Source: Candidatus Iainarchaeum sp.
Lineage (GTDB): Archaea > Iainarchaeota > Iainarchaeia > Iainarchaeales > UBA10219
Direction: 5' to 3'
Length of the DNA stretch: 64,000 bases
Assembly (NCBI GenBank): GCA_018304425.1
Contig: JAGVWE010000003.1
Location: 128,001 to 192,000, forward strand
In this document: piece by piece, positions 1-9,494 of the stretch
How positions within the stretch are numbered: the first letter of the stretch is position 1
Layout: every line of letters begins with the position of its first letter
The notes under the pieces: model-generated
What the model saw: only the letters and a program-made list of their open reading frames with translations
Database searches by the model: none
Told to the model about the DNA's origin: nothing
Translations under genes and position numbers: made by a program

Positions 1-1
1 A

Positions 2-655
2 TTTTGTTTACGGTTGAAATTGCCAGCCGAAGACGGAAAACTTCGTTTAACTGACTGCGTTAACACTCGAAACGCATTCCGACTCATCCAGTCCGTTCCA
101 TCCAAGAAAGCAGAGCCCTTCAAGCAGTGGCTGGCGCAACTAGGCAAGGAACGAATCGATGAAATAGAAGACCCTGAGTTGGCACAGAACAGGGTAAAGG
201 ATTATTACGAACTTAAAGGCTATCCACAGGACTGGATTGACAAACGCCTGCGCGGCATAACCGTCAGACAGGAATTGACGGACGAATGGAAGAACCGATA
301 CGTTACCGAAGAAAAGGAATTCGCGATACTCACCAATGAAATCAGCCGCGCAACCTTCGACAAAAGCATTCAAGAATACAAGAAGTTAAAGGGCTTGACG
401 AAGAAAAACCAGAACTTGCGCGACCACATCACTGATTGGGAACTCATCCTCACTATGGTGGGAGAAAAGGCCACAACTGACATAACCAAGGCCAGGGACT
501 CCAAGGGATTCCCAAAATGCAGGCAATCCGCCCAGGCAGGTGGGAAAATCGCCCGCAATACGCGGAAGGAACTCGAGCGAAAAACCGGAAAACCCGTAGT
601 TTCCAGCGAAAACTTCAGGCACCTCACCGAAAACAAGAAAAAACGACTCGTTTAA
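2..655 (+). CDS. Bro-N/antirepressor-like DNA-binding protein (5' truncated by window edge)
   Basis: Frame open from base 2; motif LKLPAEDGKLRLTD...RLIQSVPSKKAEPFKQWLA...ELTDEW is typical of Bro-N family proteins. Confidence 0.8.
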   Translation, partial: FCLRLKLPAEDGKLRLTDCVNTRNAFRLIQSVPSKKAEPFKQWLAQLGKERIDEIEDPELAQNRVKDYYELKGYPQDWIDKRLRGITVRQELTDEWKNRYVTEEKEFAILTNEISRATFDKSIQEYKKLKGLTKKNQNLRDHITDWELILTMVGEKATTDITKARDSKGFPKCRQSAQAGGKIARNTRKELERKTGKPVVSSENFRHLTENKKKRLV

Positions 656-668
656 AGCGCCGGCGCCC

Positions 669-1670
669 TCACACCACTTTCTTCGCCGCCTTGAGCGCGC
701 GGTTCATGAGGGTAAGCCCGATGCCTTTTTCCGGCACGCCCTCGACGACGATGCGGCCAATGCCAGCCTTGTCGAGGAGGCGGAAGTAGGCGAAGAGCCT
801 GCGGGCGAAGGCCTTCACCGAGGGGAACACGATGACGATTGCATCCGCCTTGACGCGCGAACGCGTGGTCAGCACGGCCGTGCGCCTGCCCTTCGCGCCC
901 TTCAGGGCCTTCCCGAGCTTGCGGCTGGACAACGGCGGCCGGATGACCACGACTTCGGCCTTCGGCGCGTAATGCCGGTACTTCATGCCCGGGGAAAGCG
1001 CCTTGCCCCGCACCGCGCCGTGCCGCTTGACGGAGGCGTGGACGCGCACGCGGCCAATCGCCTTGCGTAGTTGCTCCAGCGTCACCGCACCCGGCCGCAG
1101 CAACTCGGGAACCGGCCGACTCAAGTCCACAATAGTGGACTCCACGCCGTGCTCGGTCGGCCCCCCATCGAGGACGGCCTCGATGCGACCCCGCAGGTCT
1201 TCGACGACGTGCTGCGCGTCCGTGGGGCTCGGTTTTCCGGCGACGTTCGCCGAAGGCGCGGCGATGGGGCAGCCGGCGGCGCGAATCAATTGGAGTGCAA
1301 CCGGATGGTCGGGCATGCGCACGGCCACGGTTTGCAGGCCGCCGGAGACCACGGATGGCACGCGCGCGGTTTTGCGGAGGACGAGCGTCAACGGGCCGGG
1401 CCAGAATTTTTTCATCAGCTTGCGGGCGGAAGATGGAATTTCGGCAACCAGCCTCCCCAGTTCACTCTGCCGTGCAACGTGCACGATGAGCGGGTTGTCG
1501 CTGGGCCTGTGCTTGGCCTTGAAAATCTTGCGACAGGCCCGCGCATGGAAGGCATCGGCTCCGAGGCCGTACACGGTTTCCGTGGGAAAAGCCACCAGGC
1601 CACCGCGGCGAAGGATAGCCGCCGCTTTTTTGATGCCGGCCTCATCCGGTTTCAGCAACAAGGTGCGCAT
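669..1670 (-). CDS. sua5: L-threonylcarbamoyladenylate synthase (Sua5/YrdC, with C-terminal SUA5 domain)
   Basis: VAFPTETVYGLG, KxRPxDNPLIVH, APSAN and PGMKYRHYAP motifs. Confidence 0.95.
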   Translation of the reverse strand: MRTLLLKPDEAGIKKAAAILRRGGLVAFPTETVYGLGADAFHARACRKIFKAKHRPSDNPLIVHVARQSELGRLVAEIPSSARKLMKKFWPGPLTLVLRKTARVPSVVSGGLQTVAVRMPDHPVALQLIRAAGCPIAAPSANVAGKPSPTDAQHVVEDLRGRIEAVLDGGPTEHGVESTIVDLSRPVPELLRPGAVTLEQLRKAIGRVRVHASVKRHGAVRGKALSPGMKYRHYAPKAEVVVIRPPLSSRKLGKALKGAKGRRTAVLTTRSRVKADAIVIVFPSVKAFARRLFAYFRLLDKAGIGRIVVEGVPEKGIGLTLMNRALKAAKKVV

Positions 1671-1674
1671 CCCA

Positions 1675-2025
1675 TCAGCCCAGAAACTCCTTCAAGGCCA
1701 CGGCGTTGTTGCGCGCTATGTCTTTTGCGCCGAACAAGAGCATGACCACCTTATGCCTTTTCTCCAGCATTTTCAGCTTTCCCGCCCATTCCTTGTTTTG
1801 CCTCAACTCGGCGGCATACTTTTTCCGGAAGGCCGGCCACTTGGCCGGGTCGTGGGCAAACCACTTGCGCAGCGCGTCGGAGGGCGCGATTTCCTTCAGC
1901 CACTCGTCGATGGAAGCCTTTTCCTTTGTCAGGCCGCGCGGCCAGAGCCGGTCAACGAGAACCCTGCAACCGTCTTCTTTCGCCGGCGCCTCATACACCC
2001 GTTTTACCCTGAACATCTCATTCAC
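1675..2025 (-). CDS. DUF488/YeaO family protein
   Basis: KRVYE...DG.RVLVDRLWPRG..KE...DEWLKEIAPS..LRKWF.HDP signature. Confidence 0.9.
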   Translation of the reverse strand: MNEMFRVKRVYEAPAKEDGCRVLVDRLWPRGLTKEKASIDEWLKEIAPSDALRKWFAHDPAKWPAFRKKYAAELRQNKEWAGKLKMLEKRHKVVMLLFGAKDIARNNAVALKEFLG

Positions 2026-2485
2026 AGCATTTATTGTATTTTTCCGGGGGCAAGGCCCTCATCCTGGCAAAGGCTTCGGCCCGTTCTTTTTCGCTCACCG
2101 ACTGGTCAATCCAGGGGTAGAGGATGTTTTCCTCCTTCTCGTTGTGGGCCTTCAGGACCTCCAGAAGGCCCTCTTCCGCTTCACCCGCCGCCGGGTTTTT
2201 TTCCCCAAACTTGTCGTGGATTTCCTCCAAAAACCCCTTGATTTGGCGGTGCTCCTGCCGCATGACAGCGGTTGGCCCGGCCTCCTTCATACCTGTGCGT
2301 TCCTCGAACAAGGGAAAGAGGATTTCCTCCTCCCATACGATGTGGCGCTGCAGCCCGACCTTGAATCCGGCGAAAAAGCGGAGCGCCCCCGCTTTGTCTT
2401 TTGGGAGGGCCCTCAAATATTCCTGGAAAATGGCGTCCAGCCGGTCATGGTCCGCGCCCATGAAGTCCTTCACCTTCTCGGTCAT
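2018..2485 (-). CDS. Hemerythrin HHE domain protein
   Basis: Start at MTEKVKDFMGADHDRLD; HxxxEE (HIVWEEEILFP), EH and HNEKEENILYP metal-ligand motifs. Confidence 0.88.
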   Translation of the reverse strand: MTEKVKDFMGADHDRLDAIFQEYLRALPKDKAGALRFFAGFKVGLQRHIVWEEEILFPLFEERTGMKEAGPTAVMRQEHRQIKGFLEEIHDKFGEKNPAAGEAEEGLLEVLKAHNEKEENILYPWIDQSVSEKERAEAFARMRALPPEKYNKCCE

Positions 2486-2489
2486 GCCC

Positions 2490-3788
2490 TCACCTGGGCC
2501 TCGTGTAACCCCAGTAGTCCATGGCCTGCTGGAGCGCCTTGCAGGATGCGGAGGCCTCTTCCAGGCTCTTGCCTTCGAGCTTGGCTTCCAGGGCCGCCCG
2601 CATGGCAATAGCCCCCGCGTGGCTGCCTTTGGGGTGACCGTGCACGCCGCCGCCCAGCTGGAGCATGATTTCGGTGCCCAGCAAGTCGATGATTTGCGGG
2701 ATGAGGCCGGGCTGCAGGCCCCCGGAGGCAACCGGGAAAACGGGTTTCGTGTCCAGCCAGTCCTCGGCCAGGCAATGCTCTACCGGGTTCTCCCTGACTT
2801 TCTGTTGGGTGATGTGCTCCTGCACATCCAAGACCTCGTGCTTGGGCGAAACCATTTTCCCGATGTGGGTGCCGATGTGGTACTGGTCGACGCCGAGGAG
2901 GCGCACGACCTCGCCCACGGCGAGGTTCGAGAAACCATGTTTCGGGTTCCGGTCGAAGGCCCCGTGGAAGGCGCGGTGGGCGTGGATGGCGAGGCCCAGG
3001 TCCGCGCAGTGCTCGCGCAGGGTTCTGACGCTCGTCCAGCCAGAGGTTATCACATCAATCATGGCGTACTCGCCGCCCTCGCGCGCGACGAACTTTGCCC
3101 TCCGAAGCATTTCGTCCGTGGTCGGGGCGGTCACGTTAATCAAGTAACTCTTCTTTTCGCCGGTTTCCTTCTCGGCCTTGTCCCGCAACTTCAGCGAGAG
3201 CTTGACGCGCTTCTCGAAGGGATTGAATTTCTGGTTGCTCAGGTTCTCGTCGTCCTTGAGCAGGTCCAAGCCTCCCGTCCAGATGTCGTAACCGATTTGC
3301 GCGTGCTCTTTCGTGGTCATGCCGACCTTGGGCTTGGGCACGCTGAGCATGAGCGGCCGCTTCTTGACGCCGAAAATCTTCCGAATCCCTTTGATGCCGA
3401 ACTGCGGGCCGGGAAAGGCCTTGACTATCTTGGCCGGCCACTTCACATCCTGCAAGCGCAGGGAAGAAACGGCTTTCATGCCGAAGTCGTTGCCGGCAAT
3501 CGAGGCCAGGATTTGCGCCATGTTGCCGTACTCGAAGTGGTCCACGGGGTAAGCGATTTTAATCCAGCCGTCCTTGCCGGCCCAGAAGACCTTGGCCGCG
3601 ACCTTCTTGACGTGCTCGTACTTCAAGCCCACGACCTTGGCCCAGGTGCCAATCGAGCTCTCGGAGGCAACCGCGCCCCAGGCGCGCTTCTTGGTCTCCC
3701 ACCCTGGAACCCCCACGCGGAAGCTCACAATCATGTCGGATTTAGCTGGTTTATAGGAAAGGTCAACGAAGTCTTCATAGCCGGCCAA
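2490..3788 (-). CDS. rbcL: Ribulose-1,5-bisphosphate carboxylase/oxygenase, archaeal form III/III-like
   Basis: ESSIGTW, GN, KPK, GGLDLLKDDE, HAHRA, HIGT.IGKM, SGGL and GGGVHGHP catalytic motifs all present; TTG start 5 nt after a GAGGTGA Shine-Dalgarno. Confidence 0.93.
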   Translation of the reverse strand: MAGYEDFVDLSYKPAKSDMIVSFRVGVPGWETKKRAWGAVASESSIGTWAKVVGLKYEHVKKVAAKVFWAGKDGWIKIAYPVDHFEYGNMAQILASIAGNDFGMKAVSSLRLQDVKWPAKIVKAFPGPQFGIKGIRKIFGVKKRPLMLSVPKPKVGMTTKEHAQIGYDIWTGGLDLLKDDENLSNQKFNPFEKRVKLSLKLRDKAEKETGEKKSYLINVTAPTTDEMLRRAKFVAREGGEYAMIDVITSGWTSVRTLREHCADLGLAIHAHRAFHGAFDRNPKHGFSNLAVGEVVRLLGVDQYHIGTHIGKMVSPKHEVLDVQEHITQQKVRENPVEHCLAEDWLDTKPVFPVASGGLQPGLIPQIIDLLGTEIMLQLGGGVHGHPKGSHAGAIAMRAALEAKLEGKSLEEASASCKALQQAMDYWGYTRPR

Positions 3789-3886
3789 AGCGCTCACCTC
3801 ACGCGGAAAACAACAGAATAAGGTTGAACCCGTATAAATAGTTGCCGCCCGAAAGGAATAAATGGAAGCGACGCCCACCTATTACC

Positions 3887-4732
3887 ATGCACTTCATGGG
3901 GCCCTGGAAGGCCCTCCGGAGAAATCCTGCCTTTCGCAAGTGGTGGCATGGCAACTGGGAAGCAAGCGAGCCCAAGGGCACCCGGAAACGTCTCGAAGGC
4001 GCGTACAGGACAACCGTTCGGCTGGATCGGGCGGCACAGGCGGGAGCCGACACGGGAGAATACCGGTCTAACCTAGGACTCACGGAGATTCAGCGTAACT
4101 ACGGGCTCACCCTCGGCAGGTTCGCCCAGGCCATGCTTCCCACCCATGGGGATAGGCTGCGGGTGCTCGACATTGGGGCCGGCCATGGCCGCCTCCTCGC
4201 TGAGTTGCGCCAACAGCTGGGGCAGGAGAAAGTCGAGGCCCACGCCACGGGTCTGGCCAGGCCGCCGCAAGCCGAGCAGTTTCTGGGGCCTGGGAAGTAC
4301 AAGCAAGGCGTCTTCGCACGCAGCCATCGCACTTGGTTCCCGCCTCGGTCCCTCGACCTGATCACATCGATCAGGGGGGAGACCGCCGACTTCATCGATG
4401 TGCAGAGCATCGCGCGAAGCCTAAGCGACCACGGGGTCGCGCTGCTGGATGTCGGTGCCGTGGATGCGATGGAACTCGTGGCGCTCCGTGCCGAGGCCGA
4501 AAAGGCCGGGCTCAAGCTCCGCTGCGTTTCGGCTGTCCTGCAACGGGCCAACAAAAAAAGGTCGACCATCAACCTTCTTCGGGCAGGCGAGAGAGCGTTG
4601 CCGTTGACCGCGCAGGTCGAAACCATGTTCGTGTTGATGCACAGGCACCATCTGGATCCAAGGATCCAGAATGCGATAAGCAAGGACCTGGTGGATGTCA
4701 AGGGCTGGGATAGAATCAGAATCGGATTATGA
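3887..4732 (+). CDS. Class I SAM-dependent methyltransferase-like protein with basic N-terminus
   Basis: LRVLDIGAGHG motif I; LDLITS motif; Arg-rich N-terminal extension. Confidence 0.65.
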   Translation: MHFMGPWKALRRNPAFRKWWHGNWEASEPKGTRKRLEGAYRTTVRLDRAAQAGADTGEYRSNLGLTEIQRNYGLTLGRFAQAMLPTHGDRLRVLDIGAGHGRLLAELRQQLGQEKVEAHATGLARPPQAEQFLGPGKYKQGVFARSHRTWFPPRSLDLITSIRGETADFIDVQSIARSLSDHGVALLDVGAVDAMELVALRAEAEKAGLKLRCVSAVLQRANKKRSTINLLRAGERALPLTAQVETMFVLMHRHHLDPRIQNAISKDLVDVKGWDRIRIGL

Positions 4733-4823
4733 GGGCCATTGGGGAGTTCCCCAAACCCTGAAGGGGCGGGGCCATGGCCCAGCGGCTTGAACGGATTGAT
4801 TGGGGGAGGGAGGAAGGGGGGAA

Positions 4824-5189
4824 TTATTTTCCCTCCTCGAAGATGGCTTCCAACTTTTCGTTGAATTCCTCCCATTTCTTCGCCATCTCCTGCTTGCCCT
4901 TCCACTTGGCGGCAAGCACGCCCACAACCAGTTCTGCCACCTCGTCGAATTTTCTGCCATGGGCTTTCTCGAGGCGTGCCTTGATTTTTTCGGTCAACAA
5001 CTCGTGCTTGGCCCGCAAGGCCGCGCCAAAAATCATTTCAGCGTGGCCGCCGGAACCACAGCCTTTCAGGCCGCTGCCGCAGCCGCCCTCGTTGGAACCG
5101 CATTCGCAGTTGGCTTCGCCGCACTCGCACCTGCAGCCTGCACCGGTTTCTTCGCTGGAACAAGCGTCTTCCTTGATATCGCATTGCAT
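4824..5189 (-). CDS. Small protein with Cys/Gly-rich (metallothionein-like) N-terminus and helical C-terminus
   Basis: GGAGG SD upstream; 9 Cys in the first 45 aa (CRCECGEANCECG...CG...CG). Confidence 0.7.
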   Translation of the reverse strand: MQCDIKEDACSSEETGAGCRCECGEANCECGSNEGGCGSGLKGCGSGGHAEMIFGAALRAKHELLTEKIKARLEKAHGRKFDEVAELVVGVLAAKWKGKQEMAKKWEEFNEKLEAIFEEGK

Positions 5190-5209
5190 GTTGGGAACCT
5201 CCTTGAATA

Positions 5210-5278
5210 GAGTAGGATGTCCTACTCAACACATATAGGACGCGCTACATATTTAAAAACATATTGGGCACCCTATAT
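5210..5278. promoter_or_regulatory. Three 18-bp palindromic operator-like sites around a TATA box in a divergent promoter
   Basis: GAGTAGGA-TG-TCCTACTC (5210-5227, perfect), ATATAGGA-CG-CGCTACAT (5233-5250), ATATTGGG-CA-CCCTATAT (5261-5278); TTTAAAAA at 5252-5259. Confidence 0.7.
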
Positions 5279-5326
5279 GTAAGGGCTTTCCCTATGTTTT
5301 TAATGGATTTGGACGCATTCCCTGCC

Positions 5327-5662
5327 ATGGACGGCAAGCAGTGCGCTGGAGCCCCTTGTGACATGCGTGGCTTTCTCTCTTTTTTCACGCTGTGGCTCCT
5401 GAACCAGAAGCCGCGCTCGGGCAAGGACATCGCCGAGGAAATCGGGAAAAAGAAGGGCGAGTGCCCGAAGTCGGGAACGATTTATCCGGCGCTGAAGAAC
5501 CTCAAGGAACACGGCCTCATCCAGGGAAAACGCGATGGCAAGGAAATCGTGTACTCGCTGACGGCCGACGGAAAGCGGGCCTACGAGAACGCGTTCAACT
5601 TCTTCGTGAAAGCCTATGGCGAAATCGTGCAAGGACACGAAGCCGCGCGGAAAAAAAACTGA
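5327..5662 (+). CDS. PadR family transcriptional regulator
   Basis: SG.DIAEEI...SGTIYPALKNL...GLI...YSLT.DG winged-helix pattern; start uncertain (5294-5363). Confidence 0.88.
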   Translation: MDGKQCAGAPCDMRGFLSFFTLWLLNQKPRSGKDIAEEIGKKKGECPKSGTIYPALKNLKEHGLIQGKRDGKEIVYSLTADGKRAYENAFNFFVKAYGEIVQGHEAARKKN

Positions 5663-5681
5663 AAAACTGGAGGCATGTTTC

Positions 5682-6248
5682 ATGGACTTACCCTGGGGAG
5701 ACCCCCGCAGCACCCAATTCATCACGAACGTCGGACTCATCACGAGCGACGGCCCGAACGGCCCCGACATCATGTCCAGCGAGTGGACCCACCACATTTC
5801 CTACAGCCCCGGACTCCTCGCGGTCTGCATCCGGCCGGGAGGCGCAACCCACGAGAACATCCGCTCATCCAAGGAGTTCGGCGTGAGCATCGCGGCCACC
5901 GACCAGAACGTGATGGCCAGCGTTGCCGGCACCAACAAGGGAAAGGAAGTCGACAAAATCGCGGCCCTCCAAGAACTGGGCTTCAAGTTCCGCCCGGCCA
6001 AGCAAATCAATGCCTTGATGGTGGAGGGCGCAGTGCTCAACATCGAGTGCAGGCTCAAGCAAGAGCTGGCCCTGGGCAGCCACACGGTCTTCGTCGGCGA
6101 AGCCGTCGAGGCCACCTTGAACCCGGGCAAGAAGCCCCTGGCCTACCATGCCGGCCAGTTCTGGCGCCTCACGGAAGCCATTGCCAAGCCCGGCCCCACC
6201 GAACTCGAGCGCATCGCGAAAACCGTGGCCGCGCACCAAAGGAAATAG
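5682..6248 (+). CDS. Flavin reductase-like FMN-binding protein
   Basis: VGLITS.G...ISYSP.LLAV.I...T.ENI...EFGV...LGSHTVFVGE; GGAGG SD. Confidence 0.85.
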   Translation: MDLPWGDPRSTQFITNVGLITSDGPNGPDIMSSEWTHHISYSPGLLAVCIRPGGATHENIRSSKEFGVSIAATDQNVMASVAGTNKGKEVDKIAALQELGFKFRPAKQINALMVEGAVLNIECRLKQELALGSHTVFVGEAVEATLNPGKKPLAYHAGQFWRLTEAIAKPGPTELERIAKTVAAHQRK

Positions 6249-6290
6249 CCGGCCGACCGCGTTAGGTTAATAAAAACGTGCCGGGGTTAA

Positions 6291-8000
6291 ATGCACCTAC
6301 CGGTTTTCCAGATGCCCTCCCCAGACCTACGAAGATACGTCAAGGAATCCCTGACCTTTGACTTGAAGGCCGGCTTCATCACCGCCATCGTGGCCCTGCC
6401 GCTGGCCATCGCCTTCGCCATCGCCTCCGGGGTTCCCCCCATCATGGGCCTCTACACCGCGGTGGTGGCGGGAGTCCTTGGCAGCAGCTTTGGCGGCTCC
6501 AGGTTCTCCATCACCGGGCCGACCGGCGCCATGACGGTCATCATTCTCTCCGTCGTCAACCAGTTCGGCGTCGAAGGCCTGCTGCTGGCCGGCTTCCTCG
6601 CCGGCCTCATCCAGCTCGCGTTCGGTGTCATGAAAATCGGGCAACTCGTGAAATTCATCCCCTTCCCCATCGTCTCCGGCTTCACGGCGGGCATCGGCGT
6701 CATCATCTTCGTTGGCCAAATCCCGAACGCGCTGGGCCTCCAACTGCCTCCCAAGGAATTCGTAAGCGAGGCCCTGCTGCAAATCGCCGAACACGCGGGA
6801 AGCGCCAACCCCTGGGCACTTGGCATCGCGGTGGGAACGGTTGCCATGCTCACGTGGCTGCCCAAAATCATGGCCTCCAGCCACAAACTGGGCCCCCTCA
6901 AGAGCCTGCCCCCCTCCCTGTTCGCCTTGTTCCTCTCCACGGCCCTTGTTTACTTCCTGGCCCTGCCGCTCCCGCTCGTCGGCGACATCCCCATGGGCCT
7001 GCCCACCCTCCACCTGTTCCCCGTCAACCTCGACCTCATCCACGATTTGCTGCCCTCCGCGCTCACCATTGCCTTGCTGGGCTCCATCGAAGCCCTGCTG
7101 TGCGCGGTGGTCTGCGACGGCATGACCAACACCAAGCATGATAGCAACCGCGAGCTCATCGGCCAAGGCATCTCCAACCTCTTCATGCCCTTCTTCAACG
7201 GCATCCCCGCAACGGCTGCCATTGCCCGCAGCGCCGTCAACGTCCGCGAAGGCGCCAAGACCAAACTGGCAGGAGTCATCCACGCGCTCATCCTCCTCCT
7301 CATCCTCTTGTTCTTCGCGCCCTGGGCCCGGTTCATCCCCAAGGCGTTCCTGGCAGGCATCCTCTTGTTCGTCTCCATGCGCATGATTGACTTGGAGGAA
7401 TTCAAGACCATCCTCCACATCAGCAAATCGGAAGCCCTTGTCTTGTTCGCGACCTTCGGGCTCACGGTGTTCACGAACCTCGTGTTCGCCATCCAGATGG
7501 GCATGACCTTCGCCGTGTTCCTCTTGTTCATCCGGTTGACGCAGATGGCGGAGATAACCTCGTTCGAAGCCTACCAGGGAAGGAACGCGAAGGTGGCGGC
7601 CATGCTGGAAGCCAATCCCCGGCTCAAGGAGAACGTGGAACTCTACTCCATCAACGGCCCCTTCTTCTTCGGCGCCATGCACGTCTTCGACTCGCGCCTG
7701 GGCACGCACCTCGCCTTACAGGCGCCCTACATCGTGTTGCGCCTGCGCAACGTTCCATTGATTGACGCCTCGGGCGTCACGCGCCTGGCCGCCTTCATCG
7801 CGCACGCCCACAAGCAAGGCAGAACCGTGCTGTTGGCCGCCGTGCAGCCCGCCGTTGCGGAGCGGCTGCAGCACAGCCCCGAATACCGGGAACTCGTCAA
7901 GGCCGAGCACTTGTTCGACAGCGCGGACAAGGCCCTGGAATGGGTGGAAAAGCGGTTGGGCGGCAAACCCATGCCTTTTATATTCCCCCGACGACAATAG
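6291..8000 (+). CDS. SulP/SLC26 anion transporter with STAS domain
   Basis: DLKAG...VALPLAIAFAIASG, GPTGAM, ELIGQG, TAAIARSAVN; STAS GPFFFG and IDASG. Confidence 0.93.
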   Translation: MHLPVFQMPSPDLRRYVKESLTFDLKAGFITAIVALPLAIAFAIASGVPPIMGLYTAVVAGVLGSSFGGSRFSITGPTGAMTVIILSVVNQFGVEGLLLAGFLAGLIQLAFGVMKIGQLVKFIPFPIVSGFTAGIGVIIFVGQIPNALGLQLPPKEFVSEALLQIAEHAGSANPWALGIAVGTVAMLTWLPKIMASSHKLGPLKSLPPSLFALFLSTALVYFLALPLPLVGDIPMGLPTLHLFPVNLDLIHDLLPSALTIALLGSIEALLCAVVCDGMTNTKHDSNRELIGQGISNLFMPFFNGIPATAAIARSAVNVREGAKTKLAGVIHALILLLILLFFAPWARFIPKAFLAGILLFVSMRMIDLEEFKTILHISKSEALVLFATFGLTVFTNLVFAIQMGMTFAVFLLFIRLTQMAEITSFEAYQGRNAKVAAMLEANPRLKENVELYSINGPFFFGAMHVFDSRLGTHLALQAPYIVLRLRNVPLIDASGVTRLAAFIAHAHKQGRTVLLAAVQPAVAERLQHSPEYRELVKAEHLFDSADKALEWVEKRLGGKPMPFIFPRRQ

Positions 8001-8075
8001 TTATTGCCCCGATGAAGAACTGACGATGATACTGAGCCACAAGCGATGACGACTGATGGGCGAGCTGAGGGGCAC

Positions 8076-8696
8076 TCAACTTTTCTTTCCAGCCAACCGG
8101 CTTTTCCGCCGCGCCTTCAAAAATTCGAGTGCCACCGGCACCAGCGAGACCACGATGATGCCGACGACCAGGGCCTCGATGTTTTCCGCGATGACGGGGA
8201 TGCCGCCCAGGAAGTAGCCGGCGGAAACCATGGAAACCGACCACAAGACGCCGCCGACGACGTTGTACTTGATGAACGTCTTGAAATCCATGTGGCTGGC
8301 CCCGGCCACGATGGGCGCGAAGGTCCGCACCACCGGCACGAACCGCGCGAGGACAATGGTTTTCTTGCCGTACCGGGCGTAGAAGGCTTCCGCGCGCTTG
8401 ATGTGCTCGGGGTCGCGGAAGAAATCCCCCTTGTGGACAAAGAACCGGCGGCCGTACTTGCGGCCCATCCAGTAGCCGACTTGGTCCCCCGCGATGGCGA
8501 AGAAAGCGGTGCCGATGATGACCAGGTTGAGGTCGAGGAGGCCGCGCTGGGCGAGGAGGCCCGCCGTGAACAGCAGGGAATCGCCCGGCAAAAAGAAGCC
8601 GAAGAACAGCCCGGACTCGGCGAAGACTATGGCGAACAAGGCCACATAGCCAAGCGTCGCGAGCAGGGCTTCGAGGTTTCCGACCAGGCCGAACAT
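8076..8696 (-). CDS. DedA family membrane protein
   Basis: FAESGLFFGFFLPGDSLLFTAG and ARFVPVVRTF signatures. Confidence 0.92.
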   Translation of the reverse strand: MFGLVGNLEALLATLGYVALFAIVFAESGLFFGFFLPGDSLLFTAGLLAQRGLLDLNLVIIGTAFFAIAGDQVGYWMGRKYGRRFFVHKGDFFRDPEHIKRAEAFYARYGKKTIVLARFVPVVRTFAPIVAGASHMDFKTFIKYNVVGGVLWSVSMVSAGYFLGGIPVIAENIEALVVGIIVVSLVPVALEFLKARRKSRLAGKKS

Positions 8697-8812
8697 GCCA
8701 TGGACAGGGTTGGGAAAGGATTAAATGGCAACCCCCCGGGCCCACGCAATCCAATGCTTTTCCCTCTGCATTCCAGCAGGGTATATATACAAGCTCTGGC
8801 ATCTAATAGTGC

Positions 8813-9493
8813 ATGTCGAAAGCGTTTTCGTTCCTGGGCCTGGCGGCCATCCTCGTGGTGTTCGTGATTGCCGCCGGCTGCCTTAACCCGACACCCGCGC
8901 AGCCAAACCCGGGCGAGCCCGGGGGCATGTGCGGGGGCATCGCCGGCATCGAGTGTGAAGAGGATTTCGTCTGCCAATATGGGGGAAATAATCCGGATGC
9001 GGCGGGAACCTGCGTGAAAGCCGAAGAGGAAAGGCCGCCGGCCGAGGAAGGCGAGTTCTGCGGTGGCATCGCGGGCATCCCCTGCGAGGCCGGGTTCGAG
9101 TGCCAGTTGCAGGGCGATTACCCGGATGCGGGCGGCACCTGCGTGGATGTCTTCGCAAGGCCGCCGAAGCCAGCCCAGGAAGGCGAGCGCTGTGGCGGAT
9201 TCGACAGCCGCTCCTGCGACGTGGGCCTCGTATGCGAAACGAGCGCCGGGCCCCCGGGTTCTTTGGACATGGACACCGGCAGCTGCGTGAAGTTGCCGAA
9301 CCAGCCGGACACGGAGGGCTGCACGCTCATGCGCAACGTGAACACCGGCGAGGTCGCCTGTTTCGGCTGCGGCCGCAGCATCTGCAGCGACCCCAGCCCG
9401 GATTTCCAGCCCTTAGAACGCGACCCGAGCCAGCTGGGCATCCCATACTCGTGCTACATCGACGAGGCGGGCGCGTGCGCGCTCGCGCAGTGA
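8813..9493 (+). CDS. Cys-rich putative lipoprotein with three GxxCGG repeats
   Basis: Hydrophobic leader + AAGC lipobox-like motif; repeats GGMCGGIAGIECEEDFVC / GEFCGGIAGIPCEAGFEC / GERCGGFDSRSCDVGLVC. Confidence 0.8.
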   Translation: MSKAFSFLGLAAILVVFVIAAGCLNPTPAQPNPGEPGGMCGGIAGIECEEDFVCQYGGNNPDAAGTCVKAEEERPPAEEGEFCGGIAGIPCEAGFECQLQGDYPDAGGTCVDVFARPPKPAQEGERCGGFDSRSCDVGLVCETSAGPPGSLDMDTGSCVKLPNQPDTEGCTLMRNVNTGEVACFGCGRSICSDPSPDFQPLERDPSQLGIPYSCYIDEAGACALAQ

Positions 9494-9494
9494 A

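Noticed and set aside
2-655. Prophage/provirus signalled by the Bro-N gene
   Set aside because: No capsid, terminase or integrase genes in the window; context upstream not visible
985-3821. Long + strand ORFs (418 and 565 aa) and similar antisense ORFs throughout the window
   Set aside because: Shadow frames of well-identified genes in GC-rich DNA; no motifs
4735-4823. Short palindromes (TTGGGGA-GT-TCCCCAA, GGGCCATGGCCC) and an 8-nt complement to the ncRNA loop
   Set aside because: Lies between convergent genes and is explained as terminator region; an 8-nt match is expected by chance in 64 kb
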